Assembly (NCBI GenBank): GCA_965200315.1
Contig: OZ241362.1
Coordinates: forward strand, 4,832,001 to 4,896,000
Reading direction: 5' to 3'
DNA length: 64,000 nt
Origin: Candidatus Latescibacterota bacterium
Lineage (GTDB): Bacteria; Latescibacterota; UBA2968; UBA8231
Shown here: one piece after another, positions 28,469-39,600 of the stretch
Layout: each line of letters opens with the position of its first letter
How positions within the stretch are numbered: position 1 is the stretch's first letter
Position numbers and translations under genes: made by a program
Notes under the pieces: generated by a model
What the model was told of the DNA's origin: nothing
The model's input: the letters and a program-made list of their open reading frames with translations, nothing else
Database searches by the model: none

Positions 28469-30121
28469 ATGATGCGGAGAAAAGTTCTCGCCCTGTTGGC
28501 GTTTTTCGCCTGCATCAGTGCTGTGTATGCCCTCGCCGAGCGGCAGGTGCGGAAGATGCAGGCGACCGAGGCGGAGCTGCGTATCGACTGGGATGCGGTG
28601 GTCGATGACCCAGCGGAGCGGCTCGAGATCTCTTGGATGAGCATCCCGCGCTTTCCCACTGCTCGCGAGGGCACCTCGATCGAAAAGCGGCTCGAAGCGC
28701 GGTTCAATGTGGATTTCAAGCCGCTGTTTACCAGTCATTTTGCCTATATGCGCCGCCGGCCGCTGGTCTTTGCCGGCGGCAATGTGCCCGACTTGTTCTA
28801 CGCCGGCGATCCGGTGGTGGTGCAAAAGGACGCCCACCACGGCTATGCGCTGCCCATTCCCTACGAGGTCATCCAAAAACACGCGCCTAACTACGTGCGC
28901 TATCTCAACGAGTATGCCCCCGCGGCGTGGCTCTACGCCTACTGGAAGGGGGCCAACTACGGCATTCCCACTTGGGGCAGCAGCCTCGGCTATCCAGTGC
29001 CGGGGATTTGGCGAATGGACTGGCTGCGCAACGTCGGTATCGACAAGGTGCCGGCAACCCTCGATGAGATGTACGCGGCGCTGTGGAAGTTTCGCCACGA
29101 GGACCCGGATGGCAATGGGCTACAGGACACCTACGGCATGTGTCCCAACGCGCAGGCTTGGTTCAATGTCTTCGGCGAGGTCTTCGGGGCCTATGGGATT
29201 GTGCCGCACGGCTGGATGCTGCGCGATGGCGAGGTCGTGTGGGGCGGGACCCGGCCCGAGGTGAAAGAAATCTTGGGCCTTTTGCGCCAGTGGTACGCCG
29301 ACGGGCTGATTGACCCCGACTTTGCGATCGGCCAAATCAAGAGCAGCCCAATACCCTACCAGAAATTCGTCAGCGGCAAGACGGGATACCTCTTCAGCCA
29401 CGGCGGCTATAGCAGCTTTGACCAGTACAACAAGGCATCGTTGGTGTCGGTCATTGCCGAGTTGCAGCCGGGTGCCGAGGTGGTGGTCGGGCCGTTTCCG
29501 GCTGGTCCAGAAGGCATCCGTGGGGCGCGGGTGTGGAGCACGGCCGCCCATGTTTTTGTCTTTGGCAAGCAGGTAGCGGCCGCGCCTGAGAAGGTCGTGC
29601 GGATGCTCAAAATTTTCGAGGCACTAGCTGTTGAGGAAAAGCTTTTTGTGGAGGTGCGGATGGGCCAGCGGGGCGTGCATTGGGAGTTCGACGCCGAGCG
29701 CGGCCTGTACCATTTGCCGCCCTACGACGACCGCAATGTTGCCAGCAAGCATCTGACCGTGTTGAACGTCGATGGCCCGGGCGGCTTTTTTGCGCCCTGC
29801 GGGGTCCGGCCCGCCATTGCCGACAAGTACTTGCCGCCGGCGATGCTGCAACACCGCGAGCGCTATCAGCGCACCGAGTGGGCGCAGGCCGGCCTTTTTG
29901 GCAAGCCGGACGTGGTGCCCTCGTCGATTAAGCATCTGCGCGACTTGCGCAATTTGCAGATGACGGTTTACGCCGAAATTGTGCGCGGCGAGCGCGACCT
30001 CGACTATTTCGACTATTTTGTGGCCGAGTGGATGGAGCGGGGTGGGGCGGAGATGACCCAAGAGGCGCGGGAAATCTACAAGGTGCGCGAGGAGATTTAC
30101 CGGAAGGTAGGGTTGGATTAA
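28469..30121 (+). CDS. Carbohydrate ABC transporter substrate-binding protein (LplA-like)
   Basis: R.DWL..VGIDKVP.TLDEMY...KF..EDPDGNG.QDTYG, WYADGLIDPDF and FVAEWMERGG. Confidence 0.85.
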   Translation: MMRRKVLALLAFFACISAVYALAERQVRKMQATEAELRIDWDAVVDDPAERLEISWMSIPRFPTAREGTSIEKRLEARFNVDFKPLFTSHFAYMRRRPLVFAGGNVPDLFYAGDPVVVQKDAHHGYALPIPYEVIQKHAPNYVRYLNEYAPAAWLYAYWKGANYGIPTWGSSLGYPVPGIWRMDWLRNVGIDKVPATLDEMYAALWKFRHEDPDGNGLQDTYGMCPNAQAWFNVFGEVFGAYGIVPHGWMLRDGEVVWGGTRPEVKEILGLLRQWYADGLIDPDFAIGQIKSSPIPYQKFVSGKTGYLFSHGGYSSFDQYNKASLVSVIAELQPGAEVVVGPFPAGPEGIRGARVWSTAAHVFVFGKQVAAAPEKVVRMLKIFEALAVEEKLFVEVRMGQRGVHWEFDAERGLYHLPPYDDRNVASKHLTVLNVDGPGGFFAPCGVRPAIADKYLPPAMLQHRERYQRTEWAQAGLFGKPDVVPSSIKHLRDLRNLQMTVYAEIVRGERDLDYFDYFVAEWMERGGAEMTQEAREIYKVREEIYRKVGLD

Positions 30122-30444
30122 ATGAGGTCATCCACCGGCACCTGCAACGCCTTGGCGAGCGCGGCCAACTGTTTTATCGAGAATTTCACAGGCCCGAGAA
30201 AGGCGTGACTTATGAAGGAGATGTTTTATGGCTACAGTTGACACTACAACACATGGATTGGCTGCGGAAGAGCGCGAAAAGTATGCAAAAGACGGGTTCT
30301 TTATTCGCTCAGCCGCCTTCGACATTTATGAGTGAGATTGATGCACTGCGCGACAGCATCGAAGCCCTCGTAGAATTCATCGAGACCTCTGACGTGTTGA
30401 GAGAAAAATTGACAGAAGACGATATTCGGATTTCGGAGCCGTAG
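30122..30444 (+). pseudogene. Probable 5'-truncated lower-GC gene fragment of unknown function
   Basis: Open frame (...EVIHRHLQRLGERGQLFYREF...EKLTEDDIRISEP) with no clear start of its own, abutting the substrate-binding gene stop. Confidence 0.3.
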
Positions 30445-30489
30445 CAGCCAAGGTCGGAATAGCCCAATGTCGTCGGCGAAGATGAGGAC
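30426..30489 (-). pseudogene. Arylsulfatase N-terminal relic
   Basis: Minus strand reads VLIFADD-(1 nt insertion)-LGYSDLGCYGSEIR, the canonical sulfatase N-terminal motif. Confidence 0.65.
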
Positions 30490-30515
30490 GCCTAGAGAGC
30501 CAATGAGGTATCATA

Positions 30516-31955
30516 ATGAATGTACTGCACATCCTATCCGATCAGCACCAAGCGGCCTGTATGGGCTGCGAAGGCCACGCGCAGGCGCTGACGCCCAACA
30601 TGGATCGGCTGGCCAATGAGGGCATGCGCTTTTCAGGGGCGTATACCCAAAATCCGATCTGCACTCCCAGCCGCATGAGCATGTACACGGGACAGTACTG
30701 CCACAACCACGGCTTCTTCGGTTTGGGTGGGCCGCGTCCGAAGGGGATGCAGAGTTTCCTCGGCCATTTTAAGCAGCACGGCTACAAGACGGCGGTTATT
30801 GGCAAGACGCACGTGCCCAACCAGCCGCGCGATTGGCTGTTGGATCACGTTGACTACTGGATGTCTGGGACCTCGACGCCGGTGCCGGCTGCGGGCGGTC
30901 TGTCGCCGTATCAAACGTTTCTGGCGGGTGCCGGTCTGTTGCAGCAAAACGACAACTTCCGCATCACTGGCTATCCGGCCCCCCACCCGGTTGGCCTGCC
31001 GCAGAACCAGTTCCGCGCCCGGCCGTCGGAGTTGCCGCTGGAGTACAATGTCGAGAGCTGGTGCGTGGAGCGGGCGATTGAATTTATGGACGGGTGCGAA
31101 GGTGAACCCTTCTGTATGCAGGTCTCGTTGCCGCGACCGCACGCGCCCTATACGCCAGATCAGAAGTTCTGGGATAGGTATGCAGACGACATTGCGTTGC
31201 CGGAGACCTATTACCAAGAGCCGTCGGGACGCCCGCCGCACTTCCGCGACATGTACGCCCGGTTCCAGCGAGCTTGGGACGGGGAGGCTTGGTCGCCGGA
31301 GGAAGGGGCGCGCAACATCTGGCGCGGCTATCTGGGCTGCGTGACGCAGGTTGACTACTGCATTGGCCGCCTTTTGGACTACCTTGACGAACGCGGCTTG
31401 GCTGAAGATACGATCGTCGTCTATAACTCCGACCACGGCGCGTACAGCACGGCTTTTGGCATTCAGGAAAAGGCCCCCGGGATATGCTCGGAGGCGGTGT
31501 GTCGGGTGCCGATGCTCTGGCGGGTGCCGGGTGTTGCGGTTGCGGACCGGGTTTGCGATGCCTTGGTGGAAAACGTCGATTTGGCCCCGACGTTTATGAA
31601 CCTCTGTGGTCTGCCGGCGATGGAGGGCATGGACGGTGCCGATATCAGCGGACTTTTGCGGGGCGGCACGGAGCCTGTGCATGAGGTGGCAGTCACCGAG
31701 CACCGGCACAGCAAGGCGCTGCGCTGGGATAAATGGCGCTATGTCCACTATCAGCCGGAGGATTTCGGGGACGACTGCGGCGAGCTCTACGACCTAGAGG
31801 CCGATCCGCACGAGGCTCGCAATTTGTACGGCGAGCAGGCATACCAAGAGATCGTCGAGCAATGCGAGAAACGCCTATGCCACTGGTTGATCTCGAGTCG
31901 GCAGTATCGCACGGCATTTTCGGTGGGGGCGTGGAATGAGACTAATTATGTCTGA
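30516..31955 (+). CDS. Cys-type (FGly-dependent) sulfatase
   Basis: NVLHILSDQH, TPNMDRLA.EG, CTPSR (CxPxR), GKTH, SDHG and ELYDLEADP.E. Confidence 0.92.
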   Translation: MNVLHILSDQHQAACMGCEGHAQALTPNMDRLANEGMRFSGAYTQNPICTPSRMSMYTGQYCHNHGFFGLGGPRPKGMQSFLGHFKQHGYKTAVIGKTHVPNQPRDWLLDHVDYWMSGTSTPVPAAGGLSPYQTFLAGAGLLQQNDNFRITGYPAPHPVGLPQNQFRARPSELPLEYNVESWCVERAIEFMDGCEGEPFCMQVSLPRPHAPYTPDQKFWDRYADDIALPETYYQEPSGRPPHFRDMYARFQRAWDGEAWSPEEGARNIWRGYLGCVTQVDYCIGRLLDYLDERGLAEDTIVVYNSDHGAYSTAFGIQEKAPGICSEAVCRVPMLWRVPGVAVADRVCDALVENVDLAPTFMNLCGLPAMEGMDGADISGLLRGGTEPVHEVAVTEHRHSKALRWDKWRYVHYQPEDFGDDCGELYDLEADPHEARNLYGEQAYQEIVEQCEKRLCHWLISSRQYRTAFSVGAWNETNYV

Positions 31956-32215
31956 AATCTACGACCATTATCAGCTTTTCGATCTGGAAACAGACCCCAG
32001 CGAGACACGAGATGTATCAGAAGCCCCTGAATACGCCTCAATGGTATCCGAGATTGCGGGCGGAACGCGAAAAAGCGGGCCTGACAGACGAAATAGAACA
32101 ACAGATTTTTAACAGTGGAAACGTGCCACAGACGCGCAAGCATACGAATGCGTTGCTGGCGATGGTAGATGCCAATACCGCTAAGAATAAGACAGCTTCT
32201 TGTCGTGGTCAGTAG
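31948..32215 (+). pseudogene. Sulfatase C-terminal relic (frameshifted)
   Basis: MSEIYDHYQLFDLETDPSETRDVSEAPEY..., then a frame change near 32050. Lower GC. Confidence 0.5.
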
Positions 32216-32234
32216 GCCAGAGTAGTTTTCGTTG

Positions 32235-33125
32235 ATGACCTTTGACTCGCCCCTATACGTCTCCGATTTAGACGGTACTCTGCTGCGCAACGATACTTCG
32301 CTATCTCAGTACAGCAAGGATACGCTCAACCCGCTATTGGAGCAGGGTTTGCTCTTCACGGTGGCTAGTGCCCGCAGCATAGCCTCCATGCGCCCCTTGC
32401 TGGCCGATTTACCTCTGCGCTTGCCGGTGGTCGAATTCAACGGTGCCTTTGTTTCTGATCTGGCCAGCGGCCAACACTATCTGGTTCACGCCCTACACCG
32501 CGACGTTTTGTCCGAGTTGTGGCAACAAATAGCCGACGCTGGCTACAGTCCCTTTATCTCGACCTACGACGGTGCTGCCGACCGTCTCTACTACCGAGAT
32601 AGCGATATAACCAACGATGGCATGGCTTGGTACTTGCAGCATAGGCGGCTCCACCAAGATCCGCGCCTGTGCTATTTAGCCGACTTGCAAAGTGGCCTCG
32701 ACGACCAAGTAGTTTGTCTTACCGTTATCGGCCTAGGGCCGGAGCTAGAGAAGTTGGATGAGGCGATCAACCAGCGGCATGCCAAACGGGTCCAGACCCA
32801 TTGCTTCAAAAATCAGTACTCGCCTGACTGGCACTGGCTGACCATCCACGACGCCGGTGCCACCAAAGAACAGGGCATCCTAAGCCTCAAACGCTTGCAA
32901 GGGCTGGAAGACCGCCATCTAGTCGTCTTTGGCGACCAAGTAAACGACTTGGATATGTTCAAGGTGGCTGACGAGGCCCTCGCTGTGGCCAATGCCATCC
33001 CCGCTCTCAAGGAACGTGCCAGCGGGATCATTGACACCAATGAAGAAGATGGTGTGGCCCGCTACATAAAGGCTCGTTGGTACGGAACATTAAACGTTCT
33101 TGATGGGGGCGTAGAACGAGACTAA
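32235..33125 (+). CDS. Cof-type HAD-IIB hydrolase
   Basis: SDLDGTLL, ASAR, K.QG, FGDQVNDLDMF and AVANA. Confidence 0.9.
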   Translation: MTFDSPLYVSDLDGTLLRNDTSLSQYSKDTLNPLLEQGLLFTVASARSIASMRPLLADLPLRLPVVEFNGAFVSDLASGQHYLVHALHRDVLSELWQQIADAGYSPFISTYDGAADRLYYRDSDITNDGMAWYLQHRRLHQDPRLCYLADLQSGLDDQVVCLTVIGLGPELEKLDEAINQRHAKRVQTHCFKNQYSPDWHWLTIHDAGATKEQGILSLKRLQGLEDRHLVVFGDQVNDLDMFKVADEALAVANAIPALKERASGIIDTNEEDGVARYIKARWYGTLNVLDGGVERD

Positions 33126-33146
33126 TTACGCTTAAGGAGGCTATTA

Positions 33147-33587
33147 ATGGCTAGCCGACATGCCGACTGGTTAAAACAGGGCCAGCGAGATTTGGCCCAC
33201 GGACGCCGATCGCTCGACGCCGGCGACTATGAGTGGGCCTGCTTTGCCGCCCAACAGGGCGCGGAAAAAGCCGTCAAGGCGGTTGTCGAGAAGATGGGCG
33301 GTGTGGCTTGGGGACACTCTGTTACCGCTCTGTTGGAATCCTTGCCCGAATCGCTTAGGCCCGATCCGGGGCTGCTGGACGCTGCCAAAGCATTGGACAA
33401 ACACTACATTCCCGCCCGCTACCCCAATTCGCATCCACAAGGAGCACCTTATGAATACTACACCCGTACTGAGGCAGAGTGTGCGCTCGTCCACGCCGGC
33501 CAAGTCATCGGCTTCTGTGAAGGTGTTTTGGCTGGACCGCCCACAGATCCTAGCGCGTCTCAAACGTGCTGCCCAAGCGATGCGTGA
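33147..33587 (+). CDS. HEPN domain protein (HEPN-MNT module)
   Basis: YEWACFAAQQGAEKAVKA...GHS...LDKHYIPARYP. Confidence 0.88.
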   Translation: MASRHADWLKQGQRDLAHGRRSLDAGDYEWACFAAQQGAEKAVKAVVEKMGGVAWGHSVTALLESLPESLRPDPGLLDAAKALDKHYIPARYPNSHPQGAPYEYYTRTEAECALVHAGQVIGFCEGVLAGPPTDPSASQTCCPSDA

Positions 33588-33882
33588 ACGGCACCCTGAA
33601 ATCGAGAGGATCGTGTTGTTTGGTTCGCTGGCGCGGGGCGATGCCGTACCGGGTAGCGATGCGGATCTGCTCATCGTGCTAAGCCATAGCACGGCGTCTT
33701 TTTTAGATCGGGCGGTGCGCTATCGACCGGCGGATGTGGGCGTGGGCGTCGATGTGGTGGCGTACACGCACGAGGAACTAACCGCACTGCTGGAGGCAGG
33801 CAATGCCTTTGTGCGACAGGCTCTGCGCGAGGGGATGGTGCTGGTCGGCGATCCTGACCGCCGTGGAAAAGGCGGACGCTGA
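33517..33882 (+). CDS. Minimal nucleotidyltransferase (MNT)
   Basis: GTG start VKVFWLDR. LFGSLARGD...SDADLLIV (GS...DxD). Confidence 0.85.
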   Translation: MKVFWLDRPQILARLKRAAQAMRERHPEIERIVLFGSLARGDAVPGSDADLLIVLSHSTASFLDRAVRYRPADVGVGVDVVAYTHEELTALLEAGNAFVRQALREGMVLVGDPDRRGKGGR

Positions 33883-33914
33883 CCCCGGTCTTGCGTAGAG
33901 ACTGGATGGTACGC

Positions 33915-34118
33915 CTCAAGGCGTGTGATCGTCTCGGCATTTTGCCAACGAAAACTGTGTTCGTCGGAGATGGAGGATTTGATGAGCTGCAGGGTGCCGC
34001 AGCAGTTGGTATGCAGCCTGTACAAGCCCGGTGGTATTATGCGCGGGAGATCGAATGGAATGCTACATCAGAGTTGAGTTCTATCGACAAAATTGACGAT
34101 CTGGTTAATCAACTTGAA
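33915..34118 (+). pseudogene. C-terminal relic of a HAD-IA hydrolase
   Basis: LKACDRLGILPTKTVFVGDGGFDELQGAAAVGM (motif IV) with no motifs I-III. Confidence 0.6.
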
Positions 34119-34147
34119 TGTATGGTATCAAGAATCGAGGAGACGAT

Positions 34148-35965
34148 ATGTACGAACAATTGGAGATACACTACGAAGGGCAGACGGAGTTCGTCGCCAC
34201 AGACCAGCAGGTCAAGCCCTTGCGGCTATTCGTCGCTTGTCCGGCGGGCTTGGAAGCCGGGGCCGATGTGCGGGTTTCGATCAGCACGTTCCATTCCTAT
34301 TCCCGCAAGTGGACGCTTGCAGAGCCTTTTGTCGAAGGCGGCGAGGGCGTGGTGGTGATTGGGCACAGGTTGGCGCGCGACTGGACCGATATGACGCGGG
34401 GCGGCGACGGGCCGGCTGGCGGCGGATTGGTGGGGCGGCCGATCAACGAGCTCTACTTGTGTACCATCGCGGTTACCAAATCGCTGAGCGCGGGAGCGCG
34501 GCTGGTCTTTCCCTTTGGCGTGGTGCCGTCGCCGCACGCGGATATAAGCGGTGTCCTGCAAGTGCGAGTGCGGCGACCTGAAGCCGAGGTTTTCGAGAAG
34601 GTGGGAGACCCCATTCCCCTGAGTAATGCCCCTGGTCCCTTGACGCGGCTGGAAGGAAGGCTCTCCGCGGCGATGGATGCGGAGGGAAAGCGCCGGGTCG
34701 TAGTCTTTGCGACCGACGATCATCTCAATCCAATATCCGGCTACCGGGGGACGGTGACTTTGCAGGCCGACGGCGCGGTTACTGGTCTGCCCGATGAGGT
34801 AGCGATTGGTGCCGACGGTCGGGGCGTGGTCGAGGGCATTGAAGTGCAAGCCGACGGTCCAGTCCGCATCACGGTGCGCGATGCAGAGCGCGGTTTAGAA
34901 GCGCAGGGCGGGCCGGCGCAAGCGGTCGGCGAGCGCGGCCACTACTTCGGCGGGATCCACTTCCACACGCGGCTTTCGGTAGATGGCGACCGGGAGCCAC
35001 ACGCGGCCTACGCCTATGCCCGCGACTTGCTCAACCTCGACGTGATCGCGATGACGGATCACGCGCCGATTGGCCCCGGATGGGCCGAGTGCTTGGCGGT
35101 CAATGAGGAGTTTTACGAGCCGGGCCGCTTTGTGACGATTCCCGCGTGGGAAAGCTCCAATGCCTACGGACACGCCAACCTCTATCTGCGCACGCCAGAA
35201 GTTGATGGTGGCACTTGGCACTGGAAACCGGAGCTTTGCCCCGCGGAAGTGACTTGGGACGAGGACGTGGTCATGGTGCCGCACCATCCCAACTGCGGCC
35301 AGCCGATTGAGTACGGCAAGCACCGCGAGGTCATGGGCAAGACGTTTTACTGGTCGCAATACCGCTGGGAGTTCCCCAACAAGCGGGCTAGGTTGGTGGA
35401 AATCGTCCAGGGCCGGGGCAATTTTGAGGCCGACGCGCTCGACGAGTACTGGGGTATTCGCATGGGGGAGTTGGGTGCTTCGGTGCAGGACGCTTTTGCC
35501 CAAGGCTGGCGCTTGGGGTTTGTGGCCGGGACTGACAACCATCAGGGACACCCGACGCAAAATTCGGGCGGCTATGTGGGGATGACCTGTTTCCGGGCGA
35601 CGGAGTTGACCCGCGAGGGGGTGTGGCAGGCGATGGACGAGCGCTGGACCTACGCGACTTCGGGCGTGCCGATTGTCTGCGACTATGCAGTCAACGGCGT
35701 ACGCTCAGGCGCGGAGGGCGCGTTGGCGGCAGGCGAAAAGGTGCATTTTTCCGCCAGCCTGCACGGGACTGCGCCGATTGAGCGGGTGGAGATCATGGCC
35801 AACGGACAGTGCGTCTGGCAGGACGCGCCCAACGCTTGGGACGTGGAAATCGACGGGGCCGAATTGCCAGCGCCAGAGGGCGCGTGGGCCTATTACTATC
35901 TGCGGCTGCGGCAACAAGACGGGCACCGGGCGTGGCTGAGTCCAGTGTGGTTGGACCGGGTATGA
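34148..35965 (+). CDS. PHP-superfamily metallohydrolase (DUF3604/CehA-McbA-like)
   Basis: GGIHFHTRLSVDG, MTDH, GHANLY, PHHP and GFVAGTDNH. Confidence 0.8.
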   Translation: MYEQLEIHYEGQTEFVATDQQVKPLRLFVACPAGLEAGADVRVSISTFHSYSRKWTLAEPFVEGGEGVVVIGHRLARDWTDMTRGGDGPAGGGLVGRPINELYLCTIAVTKSLSAGARLVFPFGVVPSPHADISGVLQVRVRRPEAEVFEKVGDPIPLSNAPGPLTRLEGRLSAAMDAEGKRRVVVFATDDHLNPISGYRGTVTLQADGAVTGLPDEVAIGADGRGVVEGIEVQADGPVRITVRDAERGLEAQGGPAQAVGERGHYFGGIHFHTRLSVDGDREPHAAYAYARDLLNLDVIAMTDHAPIGPGWAECLAVNEEFYEPGRFVTIPAWESSNAYGHANLYLRTPEVDGGTWHWKPELCPAEVTWDEDVVMVPHHPNCGQPIEYGKHREVMGKTFYWSQYRWEFPNKRARLVEIVQGRGNFEADALDEYWGIRMGELGASVQDAFAQGWRLGFVAGTDNHQGHPTQNSGGYVGMTCFRATELTREGVWQAMDERWTYATSGVPIVCDYAVNGVRSGAEGALAAGEKVHFSASLHGTAPIERVEIMANGQCVWQDAPNAWDVEIDGAELPAPEGAWAYYYLRLRQQDGHRAWLSPVWLDRV

Positions 35966-36156
35966 ACGGAACGAGACGGGCCGATGTAGAGTGTGGAATG
36001 CGCGTTGCCATCGTGCAGAAGCAGGACCAGCGCACGGGGCGGCTAACCGAGGGCGTGGTGCGGGATATTCTGACCAAGTCGGCGACGCATCCGCACGGGA
36101 TTAAGGTGCGCTTGGAGACCGGCGAAGTCGGCCGGGTCAAGCAGGTGAGCGGTTAG
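35962..36156 (+). CDS. ywbE: YwbE family protein
   Basis: KQDQRTGRLTEGVVRDILTKSATHPHGIKVRLETGEVGRV signature. Confidence 0.88.
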   Translation: MNGTRRADVECGMRVAIVQKQDQRTGRLTEGVVRDILTKSATHPHGIKVRLETGEVGRVKQVSG

Positions 36157-36650
36157 AAGTAGTAAAAAGAATAGACCAAAGACGCCCCGCCCCCGCCGAC
36201 GCAAGCTCCCATGATAAACCCCAAAAAGAGCGGCCGCACCTTCCTGTATAAAATGACCCCGCCGTAGCTGATCAGAATCGACTTAACCAGCCAAGCGAGG
36301 AACATCCCAAACCAGTCGCCGCGCACGGTATTGGTCAGGGCCACGGCTAGCCCCACCGGGTGCAGCGGCCAGCCGGCGAGGCGGTGCTGGGCCAAGGAAA
36401 GCAAGCCGGCGAGCCCAGCGCCGAGGCCGGTGAACAGGGTGGTCAGGTGTTGGGGCGGGTGCGGGTTGTTGACCGTTTTGGCGACCCAACCCCACTTGCT
36501 CAGCGGCGAGTTGATGTAGTACCAGCGGAAGCCGTGCATCATGCCGTGCTGATAGCCCAGCCATATATAGACCACGATGGTGGTGATTGCGCTGACGACG
36601 AGGGCCGAGGCGAGGTTGCTCCGGCCCGGGATACTACGTATCCGTATTAG
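36153..36650 (-). pseudogene. C-terminal relic of a DUF6785/DUF6784-like membrane protein
   Basis: WPLHPVG...W...FLAWLVKS...YGG..LYRK.RPLFLGFIMG. An in-frame TAA lies just upstream, next to the Type ISP start. Confidence 0.6.
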
Positions 36651-36695
36651 GTGTTTTTAATCCAGTCAGACCACGTTACCTGAAAGACCTACACC

Positions 36696-39600
36696 ATGGC
36701 CGAATTGATCCCTGAGCCCAGCCACAACCCGGCTGCCCTGCGCGACCTCCTTGATAACTGGCGGCAACAGGCCGCCGCGGCCGGGTATCGCCGCGAGCGC
36801 GACAAGGGAGCCGCATTCGAGGCCCTTTGCATCGCCTACCTACAGCACGACCCGCTCCAAGCGCGGCAATACGACCCGCCCACGCCGTACTCGGACTGGG
36901 TCCGACGTCAAGATCGAGTGGCCGAGCCGCTGGCACTCTACGCTGAGCCGGAGCAGTCGGCGCAAGACCTCGGTATCGACTTGGTCGCCAAGCTGCGCGG
37001 CGAAGAGGGCTGGTGCGCCATTCAGTGCAAGTTCCACGCAACGGGCCGCCGCATCGCCAAGGCGGAAATCGACTCTTTCTTGGCTGCTTCGGGGCGTAAG
37101 GATTTCCGCCAGCGGCTGATCATCGACACGACCGGCCGCGAGTGGAGCCCGCAAGCGGAAAAGATGCTGCGCGACCAAGCGGTGCCGGTGCGGCGCATTG
37201 GCCTGCAAGAACTACAGGCCAGCCCCATCCGCTGGCAGGACTTTGCGGCCAGCGGTGAAATCCGCGTCGCCGCCCAACGCTCCCTCCGTCCACATCAGCG
37301 CCAGGCCCTCGAAGCCGTTACGGGCGGACTGGCGAACTCAGGTAGTCGCGGCAAAATGATCATGGCTTGCGGCACCGGCAAAACCCTGACCTCGCTCCGC
37401 ATTGCCGAAAAACTCGCTGGCCCCGGCGGGCGCGTTCTCTATCTCGTGCCCAGCTTGGCGCTGATGGCGCAGACGGTGCGCGAATGGGCGCAAGACGCCA
37501 ACCTGCCGCTGCGCTCGTTCGCGGTGTGTTCCGACGCACAGGTTGGCAAGCGACGCCGGCGCAACGACGACCTCATCGACATGGATGCGCTGGATTTGGC
37601 GTTTCCGGCCACGACGGATGCGGCCCGCCTCGCCAGCGTCGCGGTCCCGCCAGCACCAGACGATCTGACCGTCGTCTTTGCTACGTATCAATCCAGCACA
37701 GTGATTGAAGCCGCACAGCAGGCCCACGGGCTGTCCGCCTTTGACCTCGCAATCTGCGACGAGGCGCACCGCACGGCCGGCGCGTTGATCGAAGGCGAGG
37801 ATCCGTCGCACTTCGTCCGCATCCACCGCGACGAGCACATCCGCTGTGCGCGGCGGCTCTACATGACCGCGACCCCCAAGGTCTATGCCGCCAGTGCCCG
37901 CACTCGCGCCGGTGAGCTGGCCACGGCCCTCTGCTCTATGGAGGATGAGGAAATCTATGGGCCGCCCCTGTACGAACTCGCCTTCGGCGCGGCCGTGGAG
38001 CAGGGCTTGCTGACCGACTACAAGGTGATCGTTCTGACGGTGCCGGAGGACGCTGCGGCCCGGGCCATTCAGCGCAGCCTGGCCGAGGACAGTGAATTGA
38101 AACTCGACGACGGGGCCAAATTACTTGGCTGCTGGCGGGCCTTGGCCAAGGTGGATGCCTGCCAGTTCCCGGCAAACGACCGCCAAGGGATGCGCCGCGC
38201 CATTGCTTTTTGCCGCGACATCAAATCCTCGCAGCAAGTGGAGCGGCTGTTTGCCCAAGTCGCCGCAGAATACCGCGAGCAAGAAGGCGCACATCTAACG
38301 GAATACCCGGTGGCGGCCCAACACGTCGACGGCACCTTCAACGCCATAAAGCGTTCGGCGGCCCTGCACTGGTTGGACGAAGCCGACAGCGGCTGCCGGG
38401 TGCTCACCAACGCCCGCTGTCTTTCCGAAGGGGTGGATGTGCCCGCCCTGGACGCGATTTTGTTCATGCACCCGCGCAAGAGCCAAATCGATGTAGTGCA
38501 GGCAGTGGGCCGAGTCATGCGTAAGGCCCCGGACAAACAGATGGGCTATGTCGTCCTACCAGTGGTTATTCCGTCGGGCATTCAGCCGGAAGCCGCGCTC
38601 AACGACAACAAGGCATTCGAGGTCGTCTGGCAGACGCTGAATGCGATCCGCAGCCACGACGAGCGGTTTGAGGGGATGATCAACCGGATTGAATTGGGCG
38701 ACCCGGGCGACCGCATCGGCCTCATCACGTTAGCGGACTGGAATCCGGCGCCGGCGAGCGGAGATGGGCCGGGCATTGGGCGCGGAGCAGCGCGGGACCC
38801 AGACGCCCCGCCTAGCCAACCGGAGGATTCTCAACCAGCTTTGTTCGACGGATTGCCGGCGGCGATTCGGGCGAAAATCGTCGAGAAGTGCGGCGACCGG
38901 AAGTACTGGGACGAATGGGCTGGCGATGTGGCGGATATTGCGCGGCGGCACATTGAGCGCATCAAGGCCCTCGTCGAATCGGGCGACGCTGAGCGGGAGG
39001 TTTTCCAAGAGTTTGTCGACGAGTTGTGCGACGATCTAAACGAGGGCATCACCGACGACGACGCGATTGAAATGCTGGCGCAGCATTTGGTGACCGGGCC
39101 GGTGTTTGACGCGCTGTTCGGCGAGACGAAATTCGTTTCGCGCAATCCGGTGAGCCAAGGCATCCAATGTGTGTTGGATGTGCTCAAGCCAGAGAACATC
39201 GACGTGGAAGCGGCTAATCTCGACGAGTTTTACGCCAGCGTCCGGCGGCGAGTGGAGGGAGCGGCTACGGACGCGGCCAAGCAGAAGATCGTCGTCGAGC
39301 TATACGACAAATTCTTCCGCAACGCCTTTCCCAGCATGACGCAGCGGCTAGGCATCGTTTATACGCCTGTGGAGATCGTCGATTTCATCATTCGCTCGGT
39401 GAACGATGTTTTGGAGGACGAATTCGGTTCGACGTTGGGTTCCGAGGGCGTACACATTCTCGATCCATTCACCGGCACGGGCACGTTTGTTACGCGGCTG
39501 TTGCAGCAGGGTTTGATTGCAGCCGAGGATTTGCCGCGCAAATACGCTAATGAGATTCACGCCAATGAGATTGTCTTGTTGGCCTATTACATCGCAGCGG

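Noticed and set aside
30633-31748. Long antisense ORFs (also 2565-3362, 52158-53411, 56027-56989, 24454-25125)
   Set aside because: Shadows of motif-bearing genes in high-GC DNA, with no recognisable motifs of their own.
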